From an uncultured Clostridia bacterium (GTDB lineage Bacteria; Bacillota; Clostridia; TANB77; CAG-508): a DNA stretch of 60,975 nucleotides. The notes under the pieces are model-generated. The model saw nothing but the letters and a program-made list of their open reading frames with translations, did no database searches and had not been told where the DNA came from. The stretch spans positions 1-60,975 of the forward strand of contig CANQCT010000001.1 in the NCBI GenBank assembly GCA_947589835.1, in the 5' to 3' direction. Position 1 is the first letter of the stretch. Every line of letters begins with the position of its first letter. A program made the position numbers and the translations under genes. Positions 17,946 to 28,468 of this stretch are shown here, piece after piece.

Positions 17946-20900
17946 TTATTGTATTACCTTTTTCTTAATGAATATAATTCCTACTGTTAATATTGCAGCT
18001 GCTAATAATGCAACTATGCTATATACTATTATTTGTGTATAACCAAATGGTGGTGTTACAACTATTGTTTCTGCTTTACTACTATCTACTTCTGATGGCA
18101 CATTAGTTGGGTCTTGGTTACCTACAATTGAGTATGCCATTCTTCTACCTGCTGTGTTAGAAGTTTTTACAATTTCTGCAATGTTTTCATAAACTTTGTT
18201 GTCTGATTCACTTCCGCTATAAATTATTTGTGATAATTTTAAGTCTTTAGTTGTATTTTCACCTGGTTTTAAATTTTTGCTTAATTCTGTTGTTGCTAAT
18301 ATGTTATTGTATAAGTTTGTTTTTTCTTTTACATTATTATCAACTAGGTCTTCTACTATTGTAGTATTTGGTCCTTTTGCTAATGTCCAACCAGAGTTAT
18401 TTGCTGATGTGTATTGTAAGTTATTTGATACATAGTCTATTACCATACCTGCTGATGTTGTTACTTTATTCGATTCTGATGCTCCAGTTCCTGAGTAGTA
18501 GAAGTCTTTACCTAAGTAGTCTGTTTCACTTGCGTTTTTAACTGTTAATTCATACGAAACTTGTAAAGTTGCTCCGTGTACTATTTCATCATCTATTATT
18601 GCTTGTATTAAGCCGTTTCTTCCGTTTTGGTAAAGTGATGCAAGTTTGTTTGTAATTTCTGATTTATATGAATAACGGTTATATACTCTATTTGTTTTGC
18701 TTTCATTGTAATATTCTTGGTATTTGTTGTTTTTCATTAGGGAGCTTAAGTTATATGGGCTTCCTTCAAGCCATGATAAGTTATTTACTGTTTTGTTTGC
18801 ATCAAATACTACTGTTCCGTCTGATAATGTTAATTTTACATTAGTTACCTTTTTGTTAAGTTCTAGTTGTGCTTTTGGTCTTTCTGTAAGTCCAAAGTCT
18901 ATGCTGTTTAATGTATAGTTTCCGTTTTTTTCGTTATTATATAAGTAGTTATCTCCATTGCTTTCTGTGTTGCTTCCAGCTGAAATAGTTCTATTATATT
19001 CTATTTCTGCTACAATAATTGGTGTTTCTGCTACCATATTTGTGTTTGCAATTAGTTCTTGCACTGCACTATTGTTAATGCTTTCTGCATAAGGTGATGC
19101 TAAAATTTGTGCTTTTATGTTGTTTATTTCTCCTACAGAGTAGTTATTAACATTAGTTCTTCCTTGATAGCTTTCATTTTGATAGTTAGTTTGGTTATTT
19201 TGTGTTCTACCAATATTTACTGTTTTGCTTTCCCATAAGTCTTTTGCATCTGATACATTTTTATTTTGGTTTGCACTTAGTTTATCGGCTTCTGCAATGT
19301 TATAGTATGCATCTTCATATTTAGATATTGTGATGTTATTTTTTAGGTCTTTACTATATACTGTTGATTTAAAGTCTTGACCATTATATGATACTGCATT
19401 TTGACCACCGTTTGCTTGTGTTAAAACATTTTTTACATCATTACCATATTTAAATCTTACAATGTAGTTTCCTGGTATGAAGCCTGTGAATTTATATGAA
19501 CCATTTTCGTTTGTTTCTGCTGTTTGCCATACATATTCGCTTCCATTTTCCATTTTTTCTACTAATTCTACTGTTATTCCTTTTATTCCAATTTCGCCTA
19601 CTTGTCTTACACCATCGCCTATTATTGCATTATTTACGTTTTGGGTTCTTTCATCTTCCCAAACAACACCATTTAGTTCTCTAGTAGCTTTTTCGTCTAA
19701 AATAACTTTTATTTCTTTTGCTCTATCTGTGTCGTCTTCGAAGTTTTTCTCGTATTTTTCTCCTTCTAGGTCTTTTAATTGTAAGTTACCTGGTGTAGAG
19801 TTTTCGTCTATAAGTCCTGCTACTGTGTCGTTTCCAGAAATTGTTATATCATTTGGTAATTTTGTTCCTTCTTTATAATAGCTTTTGTAACCATTTATTT
19901 CAACATAGTTTTGTTTTAGGCTATTGTCGTCATCTAATATAACTGGTCCTTTATTATCTTTATTTACTTTAAATGTTAAGTAAATATATGCATCTTCGCC
20001 TGTTTGTAATTTTTTGCTATCTAATCCATTAATATATACTGAGTTGTATTTTGTTTCTAAGTTTGATGTAGAGGCTGTTCCATAGATACTTGTTCCACAG
20101 TAATTTCCACTACTATTTTGTTCTTTTCCATAAGTGCTATTTATATTTTTTGCATAGCTTATTTGTTTTAAACTTAAATTGTTAATCATATTGTAATAAG
20201 ATTCTGCTGGTACTGCTAATTCTTCGTTTATTCCGTTTTCACTATACATTACCCACGATAATTCAGGCATATAAGTGTAGTCTTTGTCATAGTAGTCTAC
20301 TACTTCAGTAACTTCATTTAGAATTCCTTCTGATAAGTTTCTGATAACAATTTGATATGTTACATATAACTCTAGTTCTTTACCATAAAGGTTGGTATTT
20401 GCTGATTTATATTCATAATCTGATTTGTATATTTCTCTGTTATAGTTGCTTCCATAATAGTTGTTATAGTCTTGCATTCTTAAGCTTATTTCCCAATAGT
20501 CGCCTGTATTTTCACGTTTGTTGTATTTATATACTTCTGTTTTTCCATTAATTCTTGTTGCTGTACGGTAAATGTCTTTTCTTAATGCTAAATTATTTAC
20601 TGTTCTTCTCCATAAGCCTAAGTTTACGTAGTATTGTCCATTATATATTGGAGGTACTGTTCCAACTCCTGGTATTTCTTCACTTTCCGTATCTACTACG
20701 AATTTATCGTATACTGGGTATAAGTCTATATTTCCAGAAGGTGAAGCTGTATAGCTTTCTATTTTGCAGTCTTCTATGTATTGTAGTTTTTTCCAAATAT
20801 TTTCTTGATCTTGGCTTTGGCTTGCAATGCTTTGATATATTGTAAGTAAAGCTTCGCTATCTGGGTATTTGTATTCTTTTTGTATATATTCTTTAATTTT

Positions 20901-23039
20901 TTTGCTAATTATTCCTTCGCTAATAGAATTTCCTTTTACTATGTTTCCGTTTGAATCTATGGTGTATATGCTATCTATTAATTGTTCGCCTACTGCTTTG
21001 TATGTTCCGTTTTCTTGTAGCTTATAACCCATTAAGTCATTTATAGAAAATGTTTCGTTATATCCTTCTACTAGTTTTCCGCTGTTTAAAGAGTTGCTAG
21101 ATTTGTATCCTTTTGGTGATGAACCGATTTCTGCAAATTTGTTATTATAGCCTTCTCTTACATTTGAAGCTTCTGATGATTTTGAAGTTATGGCCCAAAT
21201 ATCTGTATTATAAAGTTTTGCATTTACCATACTTTGTACAGAAGTTTGTTTAGTGTTACTTTCTGTTTTTAAATAGTCTGTTGGCATATATATTTGTCCA
21301 TTATATTCAAATGTAACAAAGTATTTTTTGAATACATCTAGTCCATCAAATTGATAATATCCATTTTCATCTGTTAGCTGTGAATTTACTCTGTGTAATA
21401 ATTCTTCTTTAGATAGTTCTTGTTTATCTGTTTCAGATAGTAGTACTGCTATATTGGCTACTGGTCTACCGTCTTTATATTGAACGTTTTTGTTTTCATC
21501 CATAGTGCATTCATATAAAGTTACTTTTACATTAGGTAAAACTATATCTGTTTCTGTTTTAATGCCATTTGACAAATTTTCTTTACCTTCTAGAACATCT
21601 TCCCAAGTGTAGCCACCTAATTTCATAGTAATATCTAATAGGTCATCATGATCATCTGGATTATTTGGGTTATCTGGATTGCCTTCTGGATTACCTGGCA
21701 AGCTAATATTTACCTTATGTAAAATTCTTTCTCCCCATGCATCAATTACTTCTTGTTGTTTTAATGGGTTTTCTGTTACATTCCAAATAAAGCTAATTGT
21801 GCAAGTGTTTATTTTATTAGTTTTACTATCATAGCCATCGTAGTGTTCTACTGGAATAGGAGTTGCAACTAATTGGTGTCCTTCAAGTGTACATTGAATT
21901 GCTTTTACTTCCATATAAGAGTATTCTACATCTATATCTACATATCTTACTTTTTTGCTAGTGTCTGAAACACCTGCGTTTGGATTTTTTATTTTTATAT
22001 AAAATTCTTGTGAGCTTGCTGGGTATGAGTTTTCTGTTCTATCTACATATCCTTCTTCTTTTACTGGTGCAAAGAAATCTAGTTTATTTTCTTTTCCATT
22101 TTGAATATAGCTTATTATTTCTATGTCTTTAATGAATACTTTTTTCTCTTTATCATTATAACCTTTTACTGTCATATTAGAAATTCCAGCAAATTTTGCG
22201 GTACCTGAATTTCCTTCTGCATATTCTATTTTATATGGTCCAAGTATTAAAGTTTCTTCTTTAATATCTACTGTTACTTTTACTTTTTCAGTTGTAGCGT
22301 TTTTTAATGGTTCATTTTGTTTTTCTTTTAACTTAATTGCATAATCTCTATAAGCCATAGCTTCATTTTTTAATTGTTCTGCCATATCTATATAGCTAAA
22401 CCTTGATCCACTTTCATAAAAGTTTTCGCCTTTATTCATTTCTTCGTTTAGCCATATTGCTACTTGTCTAACTTCTTGGCTAATGTTTTCACCTTTTGTG
22501 AATGTACTTGTAGAGCCATACGAGTATGTTCCGTTATATGGTGCTATGAAGTTACTTGGTGCTGTAATTATATATGCTCCTGATGGTACCATTTCGGTAT
22601 GATTATTTACGCATACATAATATGTGTTTGAATAACGTTTTGCTGGAAGTGCTCCTGGATGATAAGTAGATGTAATTACTCCTTTAGTACCATTAAGTGC
22701 TTTAATTTCTGCTACTCTAGCTAATCCAGATTTTAAGCTGACACCTTTTTCTATACAATATAGTTGTGCTCCATTTACTGTTGGTATAAATACTTTATTT
22801 ATATTGCTAGGTAATGCTTCAACCCAAAGGGTACCGCTTACAGTTCCGTGTGCTCCTTTTGTCTCTATAGTTTCGTCAGTAGTTGAACTATTTGATTCAA
22901 GTGCTTCTTTTGTAAATTTAGCTACTTCTTGCATTTTTTGCATATTTACTTTAAATAATGTAGAAAATGTTATTACTAATGTAATAAATATTGCTAATGT
23001 TGCTATTATAAGAAGTGCTACATTCTTTTTACTATTCAT
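17946..23039 (-). CDS. Giant surface protein A1 (signal anchor, several Cna-B/SdrD-B-like domains, C-terminal hydrophobic anchor with basic tail)
   Basis: 1697 aa. Motifs GGYTWEDVLEGKEN...TDENGYYQFDGL and NGVVWEDERT...TNENGSYKFTGFIPGNYIVRFKY. C-terminus VTPPFG + TM + KKKVIQ. No LPXTG. Confidence 0.85.
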   Translation of the reverse strand: MNSKKNVALLIIATLAIFITLVITFSTLFKVNMQKMQEVAKFTKEALESNSSTTDETIETKGAHGTVSGTLWVEALPSNINKVFIPTVNGAQLYCIEKGVSLKSGLARVAEIKALNGTKGVITSTYHPGALPAKRYSNTYYVCVNNHTEMVPSGAYIITAPSNFIAPYNGTYSYGSTSTFTKGENISQEVRQVAIWLNEEMNKGENFYESGSRFSYIDMAEQLKNEAMAYRDYAIKLKEKQNEPLKNATTEKVKVTVDIKEETLILGPYKIEYAEGNSGTAKFAGISNMTVKGYNDKEKKVFIKDIEIISYIQNGKENKLDFFAPVKEEGYVDRTENSYPASSQEFYIKIKNPNAGVSDTSKKVRYVDIDVEYSYMEVKAIQCTLEGHQLVATPIPVEHYDGYDSKTNKINTCTISFIWNVTENPLKQQEVIDAWGERILHKVNISLPGNPEGNPDNPNNPDDHDDLLDITMKLGGYTWEDVLEGKENLSNGIKTETDIVLPNVKVTLYECTMDENKNVQYKDGRPVANIAVLLSETDKQELSKEELLHRVNSQLTDENGYYQFDGLDVFKKYFVTFEYNGQIYMPTDYLKTESNTKQTSVQSMVNAKLYNTDIWAITSKSSEASNVREGYNNKFAEIGSSPKGYKSSNSLNSGKLVEGYNETFSINDLMGYKLQENGTYKAVGEQLIDSIYTIDSNGNIVKGNSISEGIISKKIKEYIQKEYKYPDSEALLTIYQSIASQSQDQENIWKKLQYIEDCKIESYTASPSGNIDLYPVYDKFVVDTESEEIPGVGTVPPIYNGQYYVNLGLWRRTVNNLALRKDIYRTATRINGKTEVYKYNKRENTGDYWEISLRMQDYNNYYGSNYNREIYKSDYEYKSANTNLYGKELELYVTYQIVIRNLSEGILNEVTEVVDYYDKDYTYMPELSWVMYSENGINEELAVPAESYYNMINNLSLKQISYAKNINSTYGKEQNSSGNYCGTSIYGTASTSNLETKYNSVYINGLDSKKLQTGEDAYIYLTFKVNKDNKGPVILDDDNSLKQNYVEINGYKSYYKEGTKLPNDITISGNDTVAGLIDENSTPGNLQLKDLEGEKYEKNFEDDTDRAKEIKVILDEKATRELNGVVWEDERTQNVNNAIIGDGVRQVGEIGIKGITVELVEKMENGSEYVWQTAETNENGSYKFTGFIPGNYIVRFKYGNDVKNVLTQANGGQNAVSYNGQDFKSTVYSKDLKNNITISKYEDAYYNIAEADKLSANQNKNVSDAKDLWESKTVNIGRTQNNQTNYQNESYQGRTNVNNYSVGEINNIKAQILASPYAESINNSAVQELIANTNMVAETPIIVAEIEYNRTISAGSNTESNGDNYLYNNEKNGNYTLNSIDFGLTERPKAQLELNKKVTNVKLTLSDGTVVFDANKTVNNLSWLEGSPYNLSSLMKNNKYQEYYNESKTNRVYNRYSYKSEITNKLASLYQNGRNGLIQAIIDDEIVHGATLQVSYELTVKNASETDYLGKDFYYSGTGASESNKVTTSAGMVIDYVSNNLQYTSANNSGWTLAKGPNTTIVEDLVDNNVKEKTNLYNNILATTELSKNLKPGENTTKDLKLSQIIYSGSESDNKVYENIAEIVKTSNTAGRRMAYSIVGNQDPTNVPSEVDSSKAETIVVTPPFGYTQIIVYSIVALLAAAILTVGIIFIKKKVIQ

Positions 23040-23087
23040 TTTTTACCTCCTAGTTCATAATATTACTTTTATTTTTAGTTACATTAT

Positions 23088-26000
23088 TTATAAAATGTTT
23101 TCTTCTTTAAAGCTTCTTTTTATTACTAAAATTCCTATTGTTAAAATAAATAATATTGCTAGTGCTAAAGTATAGTAAATAATTACTGTACCTGTTGCAG
23201 TAGAAAGTATAATATCTGCTTTTGACATATCGTCTTCTGTTTCTTTCATATTGGCTTCTACTGAGTCTATATCTGGAGTGCCATATTCATTATAACTTTC
23301 ATAAATTTCTGCATTGTTGTTAATTATTGTTCCTATGGTGTTATTTGTAACTTGCATACTTAGTATAAGTGTTACTGCTTTGCTTTCGCCTGGTTTTAGA
23401 AGTGTGTTTTCTAGGCTGGTGCTATATACTTCTGTGTTGTTTGATGAAATGTACCAGTCTTTATTTAGTTCTGAACTGAATTTAGCATTTGCTGGTAAAT
23501 AGTCTACAATTTTTTTAGCATATCCTGCAAGGCCACCTTCGTTTGTTACAACTATTTTGTATTCAATAACAATATTACTTTTGTTAACATCTTTTTTAAA
23601 GATTTCTACTTTTTCTAGTTTTGAATTGTTTGCGTTATGTACTTTTGTATCAGATGATGCTGTATTTACTGTAATTTTGCTAATATATTTGTCTATTTTT
23701 AAGTCGAATTTGTTTGCTACATATAAACCAATGTCAATGTCTCTAACATTTTCGTTTGTTATTTTTATAGTGTTTGTAACTCCCGCATGTGACTGTTTTC
23801 CATTTAAAGTAACTAGCATTGAAACTGCATCTGAGTTATAGCTTGTACTTATGTTTTCTTTTTGGTACCCTGTAATGCTATATTCACCAGAGTCGTAACA
23901 GAAAACTATTATATAATTTCCTTTGCTTAAGTTTGTAAATTCATAAGTTCCATTTTCTAGAGTTTTTGTGGTTTTTTCTGTTCCATCACTTATGTCTTTA
24001 ACAATTTCACTATTTTCTCTTTTAAATAGTTTTACTTCTATTCCTGATAATAATTTTTCTGTTTCTTCTCTTTGGCCGTTTTTGTTTTCATCTAACCACG
24101 CTGTACCAGTGATTTTGTATACTGCGTTTTCTTCTGTAATTTGATTGTTTCCGCTACTTGTACCATTGCTGCTATCTTTGTATAGTTCTGGGTTGTATTC
24201 TATTATAGTAGTAATAGTATTTGATGTTTCTTTTTCTATTCCTTGGGCTGTAACTGTAGCAACGTTTTGGATTGTTTTATCTGTTTTATTTTCTAATAGG
24301 TCTGCTTGTGCTGTAACTTTTACTGTTTCAGTAGCTCCTTTTTCAAATTTTGTCCATCTTACTTTTGCTGTGTTATTTAAGGTTGATGTTTCTTGTTGTG
24401 TTTTGCCTTTGTTTGTGTATTCTAGTTTTTTAAAGGTTAATCCCTGTGGTAATACATTTTCAAAAATAGCATTGTTTGCATCTGAATCTCCTATATTTTT
24501 TATAGTAAATTCATAAGTAATTTCTTTAGCTTCTTTTAAGTATTTTTCTGAAGATGATGTTTGCCTTATTTCAAATTTTGGTGCTCCTACATGGTAATTT
24601 AATATGTTTGAAATTTGCTCTTTGCCTTCGCTAGATACTGCTTTTGCTGTAAAATCAAAGTCTCCTGAGTAGGTATCTATTTCAAGATTAATTTTCATAC
24701 TTTCCATATAGTTTGCTTCTAGTTTTGGAATATTAGCTGTTATAATATTGTTTTGAACTTGTACATAATTTTGGCTATTTCCTTCTTTATCAATGTAGCT
24801 TGTTTCGTTTATTTTTACACCATTTGGTATGTTTATTGTTACCACTGTGTTTGTTAATTCTTGTTTTGGCTGTAGAATTAATGTGGCATATAGTATATTG
24901 CCTTTATTAAGTGCTACATTTTGGTCTCTTGGTACTGATAATGTTAATTCTAGGTTTCCTTCTGTTTTTGTAAGTGTGTATTCGTTTGATTCAATTCCTG
25001 TTTGCAAGTTTTGTGCTGTTACATTAACTTTGTTAGATATTGTGCCTAAATTTCCTTGTGCCATTTTTAGTTCAAAGTTTGCTTCAATTGTTTCATTAAC
25101 ATTTATATTTCCAAGATTAATATTTTCTAGTTCTTTTTCAGAGTTTACATACATTTGGTCTGAATAATTGTATTTGGTATACATTGCTCCACTTGGTACA
25201 GGAATATTTAATACTGCATTTTTTATTTCTTCTTTTCCTATATTTTTTACTTTTACAAAGTATTTTACTATTTGGCCTTCTGTAACTTCACTGTTTTGCT
25301 CAACATTAGAGCTTAATGTTACTTCTAGCTCTGGAGATTTTTCTGTTGATATTCCTACTATTCCAGATATTTTGGTTTCTCCTATGCTTACAGTTTCTGT
25401 TTTGTTGTTGTAATATACTTTGTACATTTGATATGAGCTATTATCTGTTCCTAGGTTTGCTGGTAATTCTACTTGGTAGTTGAATGTTATTTGTGTAGAT
25501 TTTTCTACTTCTCCATTTATAACTATTAGGTAGCTTTTAATGGTTTTTAGGTCTTGTATTTGTTCTTGCCATTCATTTGATGCTACATTTAGGTCTTTGC
25601 TTGCTTCTCCATTTGTACTGTAATATATTTTTACTTTGTTTTTATCTATTCCACTAATTTCTATTTTTCTTGTCATTGGCATTGTGTATGTACTATTTAG
25701 GCTTTTTCCATCTACTTCTTTGTTTCCTTCGAATGGTATTCTTCCTAAAATAGATATATTTTCAATAGTGTTTTCGTAGTTGTTTGTAACTATTCCTTCT
25801 ACTGTTACTATTTTATTTGAAGCCTTTGCTGGTATGGTTGTTTCTTGTTTTTCGCTATTTAGTGAAACTAATTCTGATTTTTCACTGCTATATCCTTTTA
25901 GTTCGTTAATTGCAGAAACTCCATTTGGTGCTACTATATTAACATTTGTGGTTGCTATTCCTTTTTCATTAGAGATATTTTCGTAAAGATTTGTGTTTTG

Positions 26001-28067
26001 GTTTGTGTAATACATTTTTATTTGTTCTTCGCTATTTGCTGAAAGTTTATTTACTGTAATATCTGCATTAATTATTATGTTTGCACCTTTACTTATTACA
26101 TTGTTTGACGTAATTTGTGATGCTTTTGTATAGTTTGTTTGTGTTCCTTTTAAAGTTATTTGAATAACTTTTTTGTTATTTTTTGTAATTACTTGCTTAT
26201 TTGTTATTTTTAGTTCATCATCTAGTACTATTTTTACATCTTTTATGTTGATTTCTTGTATTTGGCTTGGCAATTCTATTTCTAGTACTGGATTTTTATA
26301 TAAAGCATATTCTGGACTAGATGTGTTTAGAACTGCTCTTATTTCTACATTTTCATTTTTTAGCATTGTTGATAAGTTTTTATTTTCTTCTGCTATGCTA
26401 ATTTCTGCTGTGCTTACTGGTTCTGTTAAGGAAATTGTAGTTTCAATGACTTGATTATTTTGTGCTTGTGCTTCGTTGTTTTGTGCTTGCTCATTTATTA
26501 AGCTTAATTTTATTTTTGTAAATTCTTTCATTTGGTCTTTTGAGTATTCTTGATTTTCTGTAATTGCTTTTACTATTTTTATTTCTAAGTTTCCTACTTC
26601 TACTGGTTTACTTGTTTTTATTTGTATTTCTTGTACTTTTGCTTCTGAAATATCTATTATAATGTAATCTTCGGTTTCATTTATGTTTTGTATTTCTGCT
26701 ATTTTTGTTCCATTTGTGTTAGTAATTTGTATTGTTCCTTCTTTAGATAATATTTTTTCAAAGTTTGCTTTTTCTATTTTTATTTGTTTTATATAGCTTC
26801 CATTTCCTACTGGATATTGATTTGAGTTTTTATCTAAATAGTAATCTGGTTTTGTTTGAATTTGTATTTGGTTTGTAAGTTCTAATTCGTTTATTTGTGC
26901 TATATAGCTGTATTCGTAAGTTGTTTGTTGTTTTTCTTGTGCTTTATCATAGTTTGCATATATGTTCCCTTTGGTAATATTATTTTTCACAATAGGTGTA
27001 AGTTCTATTAAGCTTCCTTTTGGTTCTTGCTCGTTATATTCTACTGTAATGCTGTTTTCTATTGTTTTTTGGTCTGCATTTGCTATGGTTACTTTTGCTT
27101 GTACATTCATTTGGGCTTCGTATGTTTTTGCTAGCATTTTTTCGTATAGGTCTTTTCCTTTATATATGAAGTTTATAATGTATTCATCTATTCCATTTGG
27201 GTTTAAGTAAATTAAGTTATTTTCATCTTGCTCATTTGCTACAGTAATTGTAAGTTTTCCTGTTTCTTTTTCGTATTGATAGTTTTCTTTTCCAAAGTTA
27301 ATTCCGTTTTCATCGTTATTTGTGTTTGTAGTTTTGTTTGCTATTACATTTACAAGTTCTGGTTTTACGTTTTCTATTTGTGGAACGTTCATTGTTAATT
27401 CTGTTTTTGAAATTGGTAAACTATGGTTTTCTATGCTACTTGTAATTACAGTTTGCAATAAAATACCATATTCTTCGCCTTGGTTATATGGAATGCACTT
27501 TGTTACTTTATAGTTTAAGTTTAATTCTTTTTGTTCGTTCCATATAACTTGATTGTTTATTGTTTTTGTAATTTCTCTTTCTATACCATTTTCATCTACA
27601 TAAGCTGCATTTAATGTAACTCCAGATGTTTTTTCAGCAAAATCTACTTTTACTTTGTTTGCTGTTTTTATTTTTATTGGTAATTCTATAGTAACTTGTT
27701 CTCCGCTATTTACCTGTTTAAGAATTAATTGGTTTGCAGTTGCAGATAATATATTTGTGTTATTTAATTTGGCTATGTTTATTTCATAGTTAGCTGTGCT
27801 TGAGATATTAATTACTGGATTTTTTAAGTATCCTGTATTGTATACATTTATATTTAAATATAGTTTTGCTTCTTCTTCTACGTCATAAGTTTTGCTATGT
27901 ACCATTCCTTCTAAGTAACTATCGAATGTTACATTTTTGTTACTTGTTTTATTGTTTTGTGAAGCAATATTGGCCGCAATTACTTGGTTCCCTAAGGGAA
28001 TAAGGTTTGATAGAATAAGTAATGTGGTTAGAATTAATGCTGTTATTTTTTGATTTATTTTTTTCAT
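23088..28067 (-). CDS. Giant surface protein B1 (signal peptide, DUF11/CARDB-like repeats, Cna-B-like domain, C-terminal anchor)
   Basis: 1659 aa. DUF11-like VKNIGKEEIKNAVLNIPVPSGA and FTIKNIGDSDANNAIFENVLPQGLTF. Cna-B-like GTAWLDENKNGQREE...TLENGTYEFTNLSKGNYIIVF. C-terminus LSTATG + TM + KR tail. Confidence 0.85.
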   Translation of the reverse strand: MKKINQKITALILTTLLILSNLIPLGNQVIAANIASQNNKTSNKNVTFDSYLEGMVHSKTYDVEEEAKLYLNINVYNTGYLKNPVINISSTANYEINIAKLNNTNILSATANQLILKQVNSGEQVTIELPIKIKTANKVKVDFAEKTSGVTLNAAYVDENGIEREITKTINNQVIWNEQKELNLNYKVTKCIPYNQGEEYGILLQTVITSSIENHSLPISKTELTMNVPQIENVKPELVNVIANKTTNTNNDENGINFGKENYQYEKETGKLTITVANEQDENNLIYLNPNGIDEYIINFIYKGKDLYEKMLAKTYEAQMNVQAKVTIANADQKTIENSITVEYNEQEPKGSLIELTPIVKNNITKGNIYANYDKAQEKQQTTYEYSYIAQINELELTNQIQIQTKPDYYLDKNSNQYPVGNGSYIKQIKIEKANFEKILSKEGTIQITNTNGTKIAEIQNINETEDYIIIDISEAKVQEIQIKTSKPVEVGNLEIKIVKAITENQEYSKDQMKEFTKIKLSLINEQAQNNEAQAQNNQVIETTISLTEPVSTAEISIAEENKNLSTMLKNENVEIRAVLNTSSPEYALYKNPVLEIELPSQIQEINIKDVKIVLDDELKITNKQVITKNNKKVIQITLKGTQTNYTKASQITSNNVISKGANIIINADITVNKLSANSEEQIKMYYTNQNTNLYENISNEKGIATTNVNIVAPNGVSAINELKGYSSEKSELVSLNSEKQETTIPAKASNKIVTVEGIVTNNYENTIENISILGRIPFEGNKEVDGKSLNSTYTMPMTRKIEISGIDKNKVKIYYSTNGEASKDLNVASNEWQEQIQDLKTIKSYLIVINGEVEKSTQITFNYQVELPANLGTDNSSYQMYKVYYNNKTETVSIGETKISGIVGISTEKSPELEVTLSSNVEQNSEVTEGQIVKYFVKVKNIGKEEIKNAVLNIPVPSGAMYTKYNYSDQMYVNSEKELENINLGNINVNETIEANFELKMAQGNLGTISNKVNVTAQNLQTGIESNEYTLTKTEGNLELTLSVPRDQNVALNKGNILYATLILQPKQELTNTVVTINIPNGVKINETSYIDKEGNSQNYVQVQNNIITANIPKLEANYMESMKINLEIDTYSGDFDFTAKAVSSEGKEQISNILNYHVGAPKFEIRQTSSSEKYLKEAKEITYEFTIKNIGDSDANNAIFENVLPQGLTFKKLEYTNKGKTQQETSTLNNTAKVRWTKFEKGATETVKVTAQADLLENKTDKTIQNVATVTAQGIEKETSNTITTIIEYNPELYKDSSNGTSSGNNQITEENAVYKITGTAWLDENKNGQREETEKLLSGIEVKLFKRENSEIVKDISDGTEKTTKTLENGTYEFTNLSKGNYIIVFCYDSGEYSITGYQKENISTSYNSDAVSMLVTLNGKQSHAGVTNTIKITNENVRDIDIGLYVANKFDLKIDKYISKITVNTASSDTKVHNANNSKLEKVEIFKKDVNKSNIVIEYKIVVTNEGGLAGYAKKIVDYLPANAKFSSELNKDWYISSNNTEVYSTSLENTLLKPGESKAVTLILSMQVTNNTIGTIINNNAEIYESYNEYGTPDIDSVEANMKETEDDMSKADIILSTATGTVIIYYTLALAILFILTIGILVIKRSFKEENIL

Positions 28068-28213
28068 AGTAACCTCCTAAAATAAACTCTGTTTCTATTA
28101 TACGACATTTTTGGTAACTTTTCAATATTTTTCCATTATTTTCCCTTTTTATGTGAATTTTTTTGTGTATTTATTATTTCCCTAAGGTTTTTGCTTTTTA
28201 GACTTTTTTGCAT

Positions 28214-28266
28214 AAAAAAATAGCAAATATGTTTACTTATAATAGTAAAATATTTGCTATTTTTTA
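28214..28266 (-). terminator. Hairpin terminator separating cassette 2 from cassette 1
   Basis: ATAGCAAATAT...ATATTTGCTAT arms, followed by a T-run on the minus strand. Confidence 0.6.
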
Positions 28267-28300
28267 TTATTAATTTGTTATTAGTAATTTATAACTAATT

Positions 28301-28414
28301 GCTTGGATAGTACTATTTTTCGCAGTTTTGAGAGGTCCCGTTCTGACTTTACTTCTTTGAATCTACTTCTGCAACGGGCAATTTGAAAAACAAGAAAACT
28401 AGTACTATCCGAGC
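28301..28414 (+). repeat. Palindromic ~115-nt repeat, copy 5
   Basis: GCTTGGATAGTACT...AGTACTATCCGAGC outer stem with one U-G wobble on the + strand. Lies between the two surface-protein cassettes. Confidence 0.9.
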
Positions 28415-28468
28415 TTTAAATAATTATAAATATTATATAGTTACATTATTTTAGTTAATATTAAAGTA